Shown here: in pieces, positions 38,113-50,380 of the stretch | How positions within the stretch are numbered: the first letter of the stretch is position 1 | How the letters are laid out: every line of letters starts with the position of its first letter | From: Chiloscyllium plagiosum | Taxonomy: Eukaryota | DNA length: 64,000 nucleotides | Direction of reading: 5' to 3' | NCBI RefSeq assembly: GCF_004010195.1 | Contig: NC_057721.1 | Span: 24,635,821-24,699,820, forward strand | The notes under the pieces: generated by a model | Seen by the model: the letters and a program-made list of their open reading frames with translations, nothing else | Told to the model about the DNA's origin: nothing | Databases searched by the model: none | Program-made: the position numbers and the translations under genes

Positions 38113-39172
38113 TAGAGAGGACATTCTAATAAGTCTCAGTGGCAGTAGTCGTATCCTTGAGGGAAAGATGACAGTGTTGAGCAAGCAGTTGACCAACATT
38201 ATTACCAAAAACGTAGATTCTATGTTTGTTCTTTCATTTACAGTTTGAAGATCTTTGGTGAAAATTAGCTGCTCCACTTGTTCATATAATAGTAGCTTGT
38301 GCTTCAGAGCTGGCCTTCGATTCCTTAATATCCCAGAGGGCTGATAAAATGCCACATCAATGCAATTCTTTTTTTTAACAATTGGCTGAAATTTCCTTGA
38401 ATAGTTAATGCTGATGTCATCATGATTAAGTGACTTCACTTGACAGAAAGGTTCTCAATGCAATTTCTTATATATTTTATGACTTTGCCATTTATTTTGA
38501 AAAGGTGGGAGTAACGGTTTTAGTAATTTGAAAGCTGACTAATTATGAGTCATTCATGATAATCAATTATGTGTCGTTATTTACAAGACACAGAAGCTCA
38601 TAGTAAATATGAATCATGAAATATAAGGTGGTAAGGCCCATTCCACTTCTTCACTTTTAATTCCTTTGCAGTTCACCTGCCTTTGAATATCTGATCCCAG
38701 TGATCATTTTAAATGTCTGAGCCTAGTCTGTGAACTATTTGATAATAGATATTGGCCTCACTATATCGTAAACTTTAATATTTTGCGGCAGAAGTCTTTG
38801 GGTAGGTAGGTACTCGGTATAGGTTTCCTGACTTCATAGTGATGCTGAGAAAATTTATAATTTGCTTTCCTCCATCATGCCTCCGAATGAGCTTACCTGA
38901 CTTTATACATAATCAAATATGGGATTGTCCTGGTACATTGCACAAAATTACACAGAGGAAGACAAAATCCTGATCCTCCATGACTGTATAAAATAGTTCA
39001 TCCTTCAGTCTAACGCATTATATCATCCAAGCACAGCAATAGTTCGAAAGAAGAGTCGCATTGCTTTCTCCACAGATGCTGCCAGACCTGTTGAGTTTTA
39101 CCAATACTTTCTGTTGTTAATTACAGGATCCATTTTGTTAGCATGGCAAAAGTATTTGGAGTCCAAAAGAAG

Positions 39173-41160
39173 TTGGAGTCAACAATGTTAAGTTCCCAAG
39201 AAAGACCAAGAGGCCTAATTGTTTAACACCAGGAGGAGCTTCATTAATCAGGTGTTCATTCTGCAGCAGCAAGGATACCATCATGATGTCATGTGATCGG
39301 ACTCTGAAAATGACAGTCCACCCTACTTACCAAATACAGACCATCCCTTCCCCATTACATCAGAGCTTCCTCCATTGCAAACATTCACACTATCCAACAG
39401 CTGATAGGTAAGAAGCTCCACAGGGCATTGATTCCTGTGTGGCTGTTAGCTCACCTCAGGTGTCTGCTTAGCTTTCTTATTGGTAGAATTCTGAGCAAAA
39501 TTCTTGGTAACATACTGGAACCACAACCCACTCAATGATTCAAAGTTCTCTGGCATTGTTCTTGGTGAAGTGTCAGTTATGCATGACATTTGATTTGCTG
39601 AAACCATGTTGGACAATAGGTGTCGTTGCTGAAAGATATGTTGCTGGAAAAGCGCAGCAGGTCAGGCAGCATCCAAGGAGCAGGAGAATCGACGTTTCAG
39701 GCATAAGTCCTTCTTCAGGAATGAGGAAGGTGTGCCAAGCAGACTAAGATAAAAGGTAGGGAGGAGGGACAAGGGGGAGGGTCATTGGGAATGCGATAGG
39801 TGGAAGGAGGTTAAAGTGAGGGTGATAGGCCGGAGAGGGGGTGGGGCGGAGAGGTCGGGAAGAAGATTGCAGGTCAAGAAGGCGGTGCTGAGTCCGAGGG
39901 TTTTGGTTGGTGCGGATGTCCCAGAGGTGTTCTCTGAAACGTTCCGCAAGTAGGCGGCCTGTCTCCCCAATGTAGAGGAGGCCACATCGGGTGCAGCGGA
40001 TGCAGTAAATGATGTGTGTGAAGGTGCAGGCGAATTTGTGATGGATATAGAAGGATCCCTTGGGGCCTTGGAGGGAAGTGAGGGGGGAGGTGTGGGCGCA
40101 AGTTTTGCATTTCTTGCGGTTGCAGGGGAAGGTGCCAGGAGTGGAGGTCGGATTGGTGGGGGGGTGTGGACCTGACGAGGGAGTCAGGGAGGGAGTAGTA
40201 TTTCCAGAACGCTGATAGGGGAGGGGAGGGAAATATATCCTTGGTGGTGGGGTCTGTTTGGATGTATCTGGAGGAAGGTGGGGTGGTAGGTGAGGACCAG
40301 TGGGGTTCTGTCCTGGTAGCAATTGGAGGGGCAGGGTTCAATGGCGGAGGAGCGGGAAGTGGAGAAGATGCAGTGGAGAGCATCGTCAACCACGTCTGAG
40401 GGGAAATTGCGGTCTTTGAAGAATGAGGCCATCTGGGTTGTTCGGTATTGGAATTGGTCTTCCTGGGAGCAGATGCGGCGGAGGCAAAGGAATTGGGAAT
40501 ATGAGATGGTGTTTTTACAGGGGGCAGACGGGAAGGAGGTGTCATCTTGGTAGCTGTGGGAGTCGGTCGGTTTATAGTAAATGTCTGTGTTGAGTCGGTC
40601 GCCTGAGATAGAAATGGAGAGGTCTAGGAAGGGGAGGGAGGAGTCTGAGATGGTCCAGATAAATTTGAGGTTGGGGTGGAAGGTGTTAGTAAAGTGGATG
40701 AACTGTTCAACCTCCTCGTGGGAGCATGAGGTAGCGCAACGAGGTGTTGTTGACAGGAAACAACAGAATTAGGTTATACAACAAGACAACAAGGCCAAAC
40801 ACAGCATTTTCCAAAAAACGTCAAGAAGCATTGGTGAGGGATTACACCCTGAGTGAGCAGTGGGTACCACTCAATCATCATAGCACAGACAGAGACCAGT
40901 CTCCTACACTGTACAGACAAGAAACGATATAGTAATGAGAAGGAATACAGACCAGTTTTTGTCAACCAAAACGAATGTGCCAGAGACAACATTAATTGAG
41001 AATCCAAAAATTATTGTGCTCCTGTGGAGCATCTTGCCTGTCGGCTGTTGGATAATGTGAACGTTTTCAATGGAGGAACCTCTGCCGAAATGGGGAAGGG
41101 ATGTTCTGTATTTGGTTAGTAGGCTGGGCTTCCTTGGGAACTTAACATTGTTGACTCCAA
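39173..41160. mobile_element. Inverted-repeat-bounded element (putative non-autonomous DNA transposon) hosting a PLE
   Basis: Perfect 28-bp inverted repeat at 39173-39200 and 41133-41160, plus a roughly 110-bp imperfect inverted repeat at 39315-39427 and 41017-41130. Confidence 0.6.
39629..40741 (-). mobile_element. Penelope-like element (Cys-rich linker, Neptune-like): RT C-terminus and GIY-YIG endonuclease, internally deleted
   Basis: PGTFPCNRKKCKTC...FACTFTHIIYCIRCTRCGLLYIGETGRLLAERFREH; upstream, IYYKPTDSHSY and IPNSFASAASAP (frameshifted). Probable TSD aggtgtcgttg (39618) and aggtgttgttg (40742). HHR-like motif at about 39688-39722. Confidence 0.9.
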
Positions 41161-42391
41161 GTTCTCTATTTTGTTTGTTCTTTTAGAGTGAAGGTCAGTG
41201 GTGGTTTGAACCATTTCCTACCCATGGGATTTTAACCTCCTTTCCATGTACCTAAGTTCATGTCTGAAGGGACCCGAGTGCATCTTCACTTTTACTCTGC
41301 AGTTTTTTTATTCACATACAAAATGGTAACCTCCTTTGCTCAGTGCTTTTAAGCGGAACTGCAATTTTTCTGACATAATGGAAAATTTTGAGAATCCAAT
41401 TATTATTTGTTATTCTGCCTTATGGTGTTTTGCCTCATAAATTTGACTGAAATTTTGACTGTATGTTAAACTTTCAAGTGCATCATCTCGGTTGAAAACT
41501 GCTCAAAGCGATTTTGAAAAATATTGTGTGAGAAATGCACTTGGCTTAGCCCTCTAGGCATGCTTTAACAAAATTTGATATCTGGAAACAGCTGAATTCT
41601 CTTATAATGTTTACAGCATTGGAATGGGTACTTGTTAACTCGATCACTTCCTGCAGTGGCAGCACATGGAACATCAACAGCCTCGAGAACATGCAGTCAT
41701 CTTTGCTGACATTTCCAAGCAATGACAAGTATGAAGCACTTTACATGGGCTTCTTGTGGCAATTTGAATGACTTGCACTTGTAGATTATGAATGAATAAA
41801 TGGAGCCAGAAAATTGAAAGCTGGATTAACCAGCTCATTTTGCAAATACGGAAAATTTATGAAAATCAAATTGTAAAATTGTAGGACCTCAGAAACTGTA
41901 TTCTTATTATTCCTGGTTCCTTGTTTGGCCTCCTTTTTTAGCTGGTGAAATGTGTCAAAGGTCCTTATAAAGTTGTTGCGTATGATTTTTCTCTTCCCAA
42001 ATTTATATCCTCTTTTGAAGCTGGTTCGCTCTTTTGGAGCATAATTCCTCAATGCTGTAATGTTCTGCAGGACCTCACCAAATGCTAATCGTCTTAGGTA
42101 ATCCCAGACAATCTCTATTGCTGGCTGTGAGAACAAAGTGGCATCACTGTTAAGCTTCATTCTGTCTCTTTCAGTGTACATGCAACTGTCATTGGATAGT
42201 GATCAAACCCATACATTATCAAAGTGCAAACACTGTCTATTGCCAGCTACATAAACATAATTCAAAATTCAACAGACGAGCAAATCAAAGCGCACAACGT
42301 TGAAACATTTTAAGTGTGTCTAACACACTTCTGCATTGATATGAAGTAGCTTGAAGAGTGTATTAGTGTGAAAGATAGCTATAATTAGGAT

Positions 42392-42690
42392 GTGTGGAAA
42401 CAGGCCATCCAGCCATCCTCTGAAGAGTAACCCACCCAGACCCATTTCCCTCCCCTATTACTGTACATTTACCCCCAGATAATGCACCTAACCTACACAT
42501 TCCTGAACACTGTGGGCAATTAGCATGGCCTGTTCACCTATCCTGCACATCTTTGGATTGTGGGAGGAAACCAGAGCACCCAGAGGAAACCCACACAGCC
42601 ATGGGCAGAATGTGCAAACTCTGCACAGACAGGGCATGGGGCTGGAATCGAACTGTGAGGCAGCAATGCTAACCCCTGAGCCACCATGCC
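42392..42690 (-). mobile_element. tRNA-derived V-SINE (HE1-like)
   Basis: Homologous to 15076-15376. Confidence 0.8.
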
Positions 42691-45152
42691 ACTAGTTAGC
42701 AATATAAATCATGTGATTGGGCCTTTATTTGACTAATAGCACTGAAACCCAGCATTTCAAGACCTCCCTTTAGATACAGCATCTCAAATCTACTTAGATT
42801 CAAACCAGCAGGGAAGAGGTCCAGCTAGATGAAAAGCTACATTTGAGAAATGCCGAGTTGAATCATGGGTTACAGTATTGGCAACATTAAATGGGATGTT
42901 CTCAAGAGAGAACAGGAGCTGCCATTGAATGTTTACATTTATGTCACTTTCACTGAGTGGTACTAGAGGAATTTTCAACTGCAAACTGCAATAGAATGCA
43001 TGAAATTGTATTCGTTATCACAGAAGTCCACCAATCGCCTTGCAGTCATTCGGTACAAGCATGGGTTGTTAGAGCTACAGCCCAAGTATTTAATTTTTAA
43101 ATGGGTTGCAAGGACAAAATAAAGTACCACAGCTCTGCTGATGGAATTGTCGCAAGACTAAATGTTACAAGGCTCCACTCTTGCCATGAAGTGCTGCCAT
43201 CTAGTGAAAACTCAGTAAGAACTGACTGCTGCAATATATCCTTTATTGTTTTGTGATATTTTTGAGTGTTTAAAATCCTGTCCTGTACTAATGGGGTTTT
43301 GAGGCTGAGTGACTTTTAATATAATCTTTCCACTAAATTACAAACTCAAACCTTCAGCTGCTCAGCAGCAACCTAACATGGAATTGTTCTCAACCAACTA
43401 ACTGTGCAGCATTCATCAGTTGTTCGACACATTTCGAGTTTCAGATTATTGTGTGAGAAATGTAACATGGTTAGAAATTAGTAATTAAGTTTTGGCTTGT
43501 CACAGGAGACTTTTGAATGGAAATGTAGAGCCGTCATTGCTATAGCAAAAGGGTGTTTGTTGACATTAAAATTCAAAGTGAACCTGCACTATTGTCCCTC
43601 TGTCTGCTCTACAGCATGGTCCAGTTTTGTTTGGCACTGATCCAGGATAAAACATGGAGGCAGTCAGCAGTGTAGTTAGCAATTCATTGATTTTCATTGC
43701 CAAACTTACTGTTGATTGATCTGGTTTCTTACCGCACCTTGAGCCTTGATCTTTGTTCCATGGAATATCAATACAACCATCTATTTTTGTTGACTACTTT
43801 TGCTGCACAAAGTCCGTTCCCAAATTTCCTTCCTTCCTTACAGAAATATTTGATTTTTGCACACAATTCCATGGGCATCAACTGCCCTTCTGTACTTCAT
43901 CTTCACAGCCATTCTTTATGCACGAGACCAGACAGCAAACACCAGGAACTTACCAACATCAGAAGCATTGCAGCCAAGCTAAGTTCACTGTAGTTCATGT
44001 GAAAGCGTTTCAGTTGGGATCAGTAAATAAAGCTGTTATTATTATTCTTCCTTTCTACCCAACAACACTGAGAGCCATCGTGGCGCACTATTTGCCATCA
44101 CATCTGAGTTAGCACAAACCTGACATTTGTTGTTCCAAATATTGTTCGGTACTACACTGGAAAAATGGTTTTGTGCATTATTTAGAGTTGTTTAGATGTT
44201 AGTATCTTTCCCAGAAGGTCATTTCCGACACCGTGATTTATGTACTGATATCTTTTTCCCATTAGAAATAAATGGCATGCGTCTTGTGGGAAAAATAGAT
44301 TTCTAGTTTAGGTTCCCTTGCTGTCATCTTGAACTGGGTCACTGACATAATACTTAACCCTGTATAAGTGCCACTGTCTAAATTCAAACAATGAAGCAAT
44401 GAGAAATAGAGGGCTGTGTTAAAAATACACGTTAGTCTTTGAGGAAGAGACCAAGAGGAAATTATTTCAAGTCTGTCAACAGTTTAAAACTTTTACATTG
44501 ACACAAAAGCTTTTCTGTAATTTCGACTCTCAGATCAGATTCTATGTTGCTTACATTGCAACAAAAATTGACAAAAACACAGAACTGTCATTTCAAAGAA
44601 AACTTTTTTTGATTTCTCTGATTGAAATGTCAATGTTAATTCACTTACTGAAACTTGAATACCGCTCACCTAGTTGAAAGCAGGTGGCGGGCTGCCCTTC
44701 ATATATTTCCTCACCCCTTCGGCAAAGAGGATCCTGACTTTCACTGCCCTGAGCGGGTGCTGGACTGATACTGCACGTTGATGTTCCTTGACTTACACTG
44801 CTGGGATCCTCTTAGTGAAGGAACCCTTTTACTGAGTCTCGATTACACCTACGACAAACTTCTTGGCTTTGTGTCTGCGTTGAATGGCATGGCAATACAG
44901 TAATAATTTGAGCCTGATATCTCCTGCTGAGAAGGCAAAGCACAACCAGGTGTGGCAGTGATGCTTTGAGCATACAGGTTGACTCAGAGCAAGTGAGCGT
45001 TCCGACAGCGAGCAAAGAGCCCAGAGATGCAGCTGTTTCAATCTATGAGTTGGGTGTGTGTTCCTAAACACACAATATCCTGGTTGCAGCATTACAATGG
45101 TAGTTGCTAGTGCAGCTTTGAAGTGCACAATAGTTATATACCTATTTAGAGA

Positions 45153-45243
45153 GATTAAAAATCACACAACACCAGGTTATAGTCCAACAGGTTTAATTGG
45201 AGGCACTAGCTTTCAGAGCGCTGCTCCCTCATCAGATGGTTAT
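45153..45243 (-). mobile_element. PLE (P2) terminal fragment with an apparently intact HHR core at 45203-45241
   Basis: Minus strand reads aaccau CUGAUGA G GGAG CAGCG CUCU GAA AGCU A GUG. Confidence 0.75.
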
Positions 45244-45244
45244 G

Positions 45245-45410
45245 AGAGAGAGAGATCACTGGTGACAGTTTAACCTGATGATCACCACACCTCAGGCAAC
45301 AGACGAGGTTAAGGAGGAGAGTCCTTCATGGTAGCAGTGTTGAAATTGAACCCAAGCTATTGGCATTAATCTGCATTGCAAACCAACTCTCCAGCCAACT
45401 GAGTTAGCCG
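45245..45410 (-). mobile_element. Short tRNA-derived SINE
   Basis: Minus strand: ggctaactcagttgg (A box) and gggttcaatttc (B box). Same family as 3568-3722. Confidence 0.6.
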
Positions 45411-46020
45411 ACTCCCATTCTTCAGTGGTGGTGCCATATACACAGTAGCTAATCACTAAATTGGATGGGAAAGAAGATCTGACAGGGTTTGGTAGCATTG
45501 CACTCCAATTAAATTAGGACATGAGCCTGGAGTCAATGGAATGTAGAGTTTGGGCTTGTTGCTGTGGAGGAGGTTTCAGAGACAGAAAGTGGCAAAAATA
45601 TTGAGGCTTTTAAAATGATAAAGTTTATACCTGATGCTGCTTGGAAAACAGAGTTGACACATATCAGTTTGAACAAGCACAATCAGTAAGTATGATTTAG
45701 TGTGGAATAATTTCAATAATCTGAAGGTTACAGTGAGTCACAGGCTGAGCCTGTCACATGCACTCGAATGAAAAGTTTGCAGTGTTGCCACTTATGGTGC
45801 CGTTTTAAGTACAAAGTACCCAGGCGCAGATACTTAAGTATTTGGTATAAAATCGGAAAAAAAGTACAGCATAATAATAAAAAGTAAAAATAAATTAGTC
45901 AGTTTACAGTCCTTCCACCCTAGTCATTCTCATGCTGGCACCAAGCCTCCAGACCGCACCAGGAGAAGTCTCCAAACCACGCCAACCTTCTAAATTCAAG
46001 GCCTCACCTCCAATCCACAA

Positions 46021-47850
46021 ATGGCCTTGCCTCCCCACGATGGCCTCCAGTCCGGGTCTCGCCTCCCCACAATGGCCTCCAGTCCGGGTCTCGCCTCCTC
46101 ACGATGGCCTCCAGTCCGGGTCTCGCCTCCCCACAATGGCCTCCAGTCCAGGTCTCGCCTCCCCACAATGGCCTCCAGTCCAGGTCTCGCCTTCCCACAA
46201 TGGCCTCCAGTCTGGGACTCGCCTTCCCACAATGGCCTTCAGTCTGGGTCTCGCCTCCCCACAATGGCCTCCAGTCTGGGTCTCGCCTCCCCTCAATGGC
46301 CTCCAGTCTGGGACTCGCCTCCCCACAATGGCCTCCAGTCTGGGACTCACCTCCCCACAATGGCCTCCAGTCTGGGTCTCGCCTCTCCACAATGGCCTCC
46401 AGTCCGGGTCTCGCCTCCCCACAATGGCCTCCAGTCCGGGTCTCGCCTCCCCACAATGGCCTCCAGACTGGAACTCGCCTCCACACAATGGCCTCCAGAC
46501 TGGGACTCGTCTCACCGTGATGGCCTCCAGCCTTGGACTCGTCTCCCTGCGATGGCCTCCAGTCTGGGACTCGTCTCCCCACAATGGCTTCCAGTCTGGG
46601 ACTCGTCTCCCTGCGATGGCCTCCATACTGGGACTCGTCTCCCCACGATGGCCGCCAGTCTGAATCTCACCTCCCCACGATGGCCTCCAGTCTGGGACTC
46701 TCCTCTCTGTGATGGCCTCCAGTCAGGGACTCGTCTCCCCGCGATGGCCTCCAGTCTGGGACTCGCCTCCCCACAATGGCCTCCAGTCTGGGTCTCACCT
46801 CTCCACGATGGCCTCCAGTGTGGGACTCGTCTCCCCGCGATGGCCTCCAGTCCGGGACTTGCCTCCCTGAATCAACCTCCTGTGCAGGACTCTCCTCCCT
46901 GCACCAGCCTCCAGTCTGGGACATCCCTCCCCACGATGGCTTCCAGTCCGGGTCTCGCCTCCAGTCTGAGTCTTGCCTCTCCACAATGGCCTCCAGTCTG
47001 GGACTCACCTCCCCACAATGGCCTCCAGTCCAGGACTCACCTCCCCACAATGGCCTCCAGTCCAGGACTCACCTCCCCACAATGGCCTCCAGTCCGGGAC
47101 TCGCCTCCCCACGACGGCCAGCAGACTGGGACTCGCCTCCCCACAATGGCCGCCAGACTGGGACCTGTCTCCCCGCGATGGCCTACAGTTCGGGACTAAC
47201 CTTCCCACGATGGCCTCCAGACTGGGACTCGCCTCCCCACAATGGCCTCCAGTCTGGGACTAAACTCCCCGCGATGGCCTCCAGTCCTGGGCTAACCTCC
47301 CCATAATGGCCTCCAGACTGGGGCTCGTCTCCCAGCGATGGCCTCCAGACTGGGACCCGCCTCACCACAATGGCCTCCAGTCTAGGACTTGTCTCCCCAA
47401 GTGGCCTCCAGACTGGGACTCATCTCCCCGCGACGGCCTCCAGTCTGGGACTTGTCTCCCCACAATGACCTCCAGTCTGGGACACCCCTCCCCGCGATGG
47501 CCTCTAGTCTGAGACTTGCCTCCCTGCACCAGCCTCCAGTCTGGTACTCCCCTTCCCATGATGGTCTCCAATCCAGGACTAACCTCCGCACAATGGCCTC
47601 CAGTTCAGGACTCCCCTCCCTGCGATGACCTCCAGTCGGGGACTCCCCTCCTCACAACGGCTTCCAATCCGGGACTAACCTCCCCACAATGGCCTCCAGT
47701 CTGGCACTCATCTCCCCACGATGGCCTCCAGTCTGGGACTCAGCTCCCTGCGATGGCCTCCAGTCTGGGACTCCCCTTCTCACAACGGTCTCCAGTCCGT
47801 GACATGCCTCTCCACAACAGCCTCTGGTCCAGGACTCACCTCTTCCATTC
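46021..47850. repeat. GC-rich minisatellite/VNTR, 32-bp unit, about 55 copies
   Basis: Unit approximately ATGGCCTCCAGTCTGGGACTCGCCTCCCCACA; tggcctcc recurs at 46041 and 46073. Units are homogeneous on the left and increasingly diverged to the right. Confidence 0.95.
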
Positions 47851-48707
47851 CCATCTAAGTAAATTTTAAAAATTAAATGTTTAAAGAAAAACACAAGGAA
47901 AATTAAGAAAAGAAGTGGATGGAGTGGACAAGGACTGGAGCCACAGTTCACCACCATGTTGGCTGGAAGGCAAGGAAATAGCCACAATCCTGAGGTGATG
48001 CAGACTGTTCGAATTATAAGATGCATGTGTAACTTACGGGAATACTGTACAAGGGAGTCGATCTTTGTAACCTAAATATGAGGAAAATTTGTTCAGTACA
48101 CTGTAATCTGTACACTAAAAAGAATTGAAGTTTCAGATTTATAAAAGGGATGCAGAAAAAGATTTTGCATGAAAAGTCAATTGAAATGTTTGTCAGATTT
48201 CACATAATGTGAAACTGAACACTATTCTGATACTTATGTGTACGTTGTAGAGATATTGAAGGTACGGTGAATTGAAAGCCCCGCACCAGAGAGGAATAAT
48301 TTGTTATTTCAGAGGCTTTTGCTTGTACACTGAAGTCTATTAGTCATGGACATTAATCAAAAAGGCAGTGTTGCAAGGATTAGAAAAAGTGCGATTGTTA
48401 AGTCTTAACTTGTCTTTTTGATTGTACAAAATTAGCAATGCAAATGTCTGTTGCACAGGTAAAGCTACATCAATTGTAAAGGAGATTAAAAACAATCCTG
48501 AATTTAGCAACATAATTCTTACCCATTGTTTTATGCAGCTTGCAAAGGGATTTTCGATTACTCTCAGTTTGAGGAGGAAAATAATTGCACATGTAATTTG
48601 CATTTAAAGAATGAGAATAATCCACACTAAATCTTCCCCCTCACTGGTTTTCATTAGGTTTTTCTTCCCTATATAATATCAGTCATTTATTTTAATTTGT
48701 TTTTCAG

Positions 48708-48862
48708 CAATTCATGAAGGAGCTGCGGCAGTGGCAGAGAAATGTAGACATAGCCAATGAACTTGCACGGAAGCTTTTGCGGGATTACTCAATGGACAAT
48801 ACCAGGAAGGTGGAACTGATGGCAGACAACATTAACGTTTCATGGGCAGCCATTAATAAAAG
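48708..48862 (+). CDS. DMD: Dystrophin internal coding exon, orthologous to human DMD exon 54
   Basis: Not in the ORF track. Acceptor ttgtttttcag|CAA, donor AAAAG|gtaatc, length 155 bp, and the phase-0 start joins the previous exon in frame. Translation QFMKELRQWQRNVDIANELARKLLRDYSMDNTRKVELMADNINVSWAAINK(R) versus human QLAKDLRQWQTNVDVANDLALKLLRDYSADDTRKVHMITENINASWRSIHKR. Confidence 0.96.
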
Positions 48863-48954
48863 GTAATCTGCAGTCATATATTTTTCCTTTCCTTGAAATA
48901 CTTTTTGAAAAAGATATCAAGTTTAACCTTTCCAGGGTTTACAGATTTAATATC

Positions 48955-49125
48955 AAACAAAGGACTGCAGATGCTGAAGATGTGAAACAAAAAAAGAACT
49001 GAACTGTTCTCAAGAAGAGTCACTGGATCTGAAATGTTAACTCTGCTTTCTCACCACAGATGCTGCCAGACTTGCTGAGTTTTCACAGCAATTTCTGTTT
49101 TGGTTTCTGATTTCCAGTATCTATA
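48955..49125 (+). mobile_element. Decayed PLE (P3) fragment just downstream of exon 54
   Basis: gttctcaagaagagtcactggatctgaaatgttaactctg...cagatgctgccagacttgctgag. Confidence 0.7.
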
Positions 49126-50059
49126 CTTTGTTAATTTTTAGTTCAGGACAGAAGGAAAGCTGAATAAGAGACAATAAAAGCGAAGAGTGAGAAAGCAGAT
49201 TATCTGTGCTGAATACAATCCATATACTGTAATAATGGGCTGATGAGTATGTGGAAGTGGATGACTGTGCTCAAAACAACCCATGTCATAATTGGTCTGG
49301 GTGTGGGGTGGGTAAAAAGACATGGAAGGATGGAAGGAGGCTCTAAAGTTATTGGACTCAACATTTGTCCTGAAGTCCGCAGGGTCCCCAAGTGGAAAAT
49401 GAGATGTTCTTTTTGTTTACAGATTTAATCCTGCTTCATAGAGGCAGAAGTTTCAAAAAGCTTTATGCTCCAGTCCTGACCACTTTCATACACATTATTT
49501 AGAAATCAACGCTTCAGATAACAGCAAGAGGATAACCAATTCAGTTGGGCTCTAATAGGTTAACAATTTGCATTTAAAGTCACTGTAGTTGTAGTTGCAG
49601 AGCATTTGATTTGCTTCTGATGCTGGTGGTCATACACAGTTTTAGGGCTTATGTGAATTCTTTAATACTAGCATACAGAATTGAACAGAGAGCTATATGA
49701 CTCATGAAGAAAATCCCTTCAGTCGAGGGAGAAAATGGCTACTGGTTTGTAATAATGTTCTAATTTATTAAAAATTGTAACAGGAAAATATATGTCCCAC
49801 TTGATGGCAGAGAAATAATTTCCCTTGCTTATCTATTGGATCATTCATTCAGGTCCTTTTGTGGGTTATTTCAATACAGTTATTAACCTTTTAGAAACAC
49901 ATAGATTAACAATCGTGTTAAAATAGTTTACTTTGCTATTTAATGTGCATGTGCTAACTGAAGCAACACTGGAGAAAATGAAGTCCCTAGGTATGTGGAT
50001 ATTAATTGCTGTCCCAATTGTCTAACAGTTCACTTATTGCAAGTGGAATACAGGGGAGA

Positions 50060-50380
50060 CAGGAAGGAACCTTTCCCCTTGGCGGAGGGATCAATGATCA
50101 GTGGGCATTTAAGATAAGGGGCAAGAGGTTTAGAGGTGACGTAAGTAATAAAGAATTATAAAGGAGATGGGAATCTGGAACTCACTGCCTGTAAGAGTGG
50201 TGGTGGCCGGAACCCTCAGAACATTCAAAAAGTATTTAGATGTGCACTTGTGATGTCAAGGCACACTGAGCTTTGAGCCAAGTGCTAGAAAATGGATTAG
50301 AATATTTAGGTGCTTGTTTTTGACTGATGCAGACTCGATGGGCTGAAAGGCCTTTTTTGTGTTGTAAAGCTCTGTGACTC
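50060..50380 (+). mobile_element. CR1 3' fragment
   Basis: tttaagataaggggcaagaggtttagagg...tctggaactcactgcctg...gatgggctgaaaggcct. Confidence 0.7.

Noticed and set aside
46021-47850. CRISPR-like periodicity (32-bp repeats)
   Set aside because: Units are contiguous with no unique spacers, there are no cas genes, and the context is eukaryotic.
45932-47869. Long ORFs (up to 392 aa) with 32-aa repeats in many frames
   Set aside because: Artefact of a nearly stop-free 32-bp unit cycling through all three frames; no splice or protein-family support.
27525-48862. Utrophin or DRP2 identity for the exons
   Set aside because: Peptides (DSNQWLEAK, LRQWQ.NVD.AN.LA.KLLRDYS) and the 212/155-bp exon sizes fit dystrophin.
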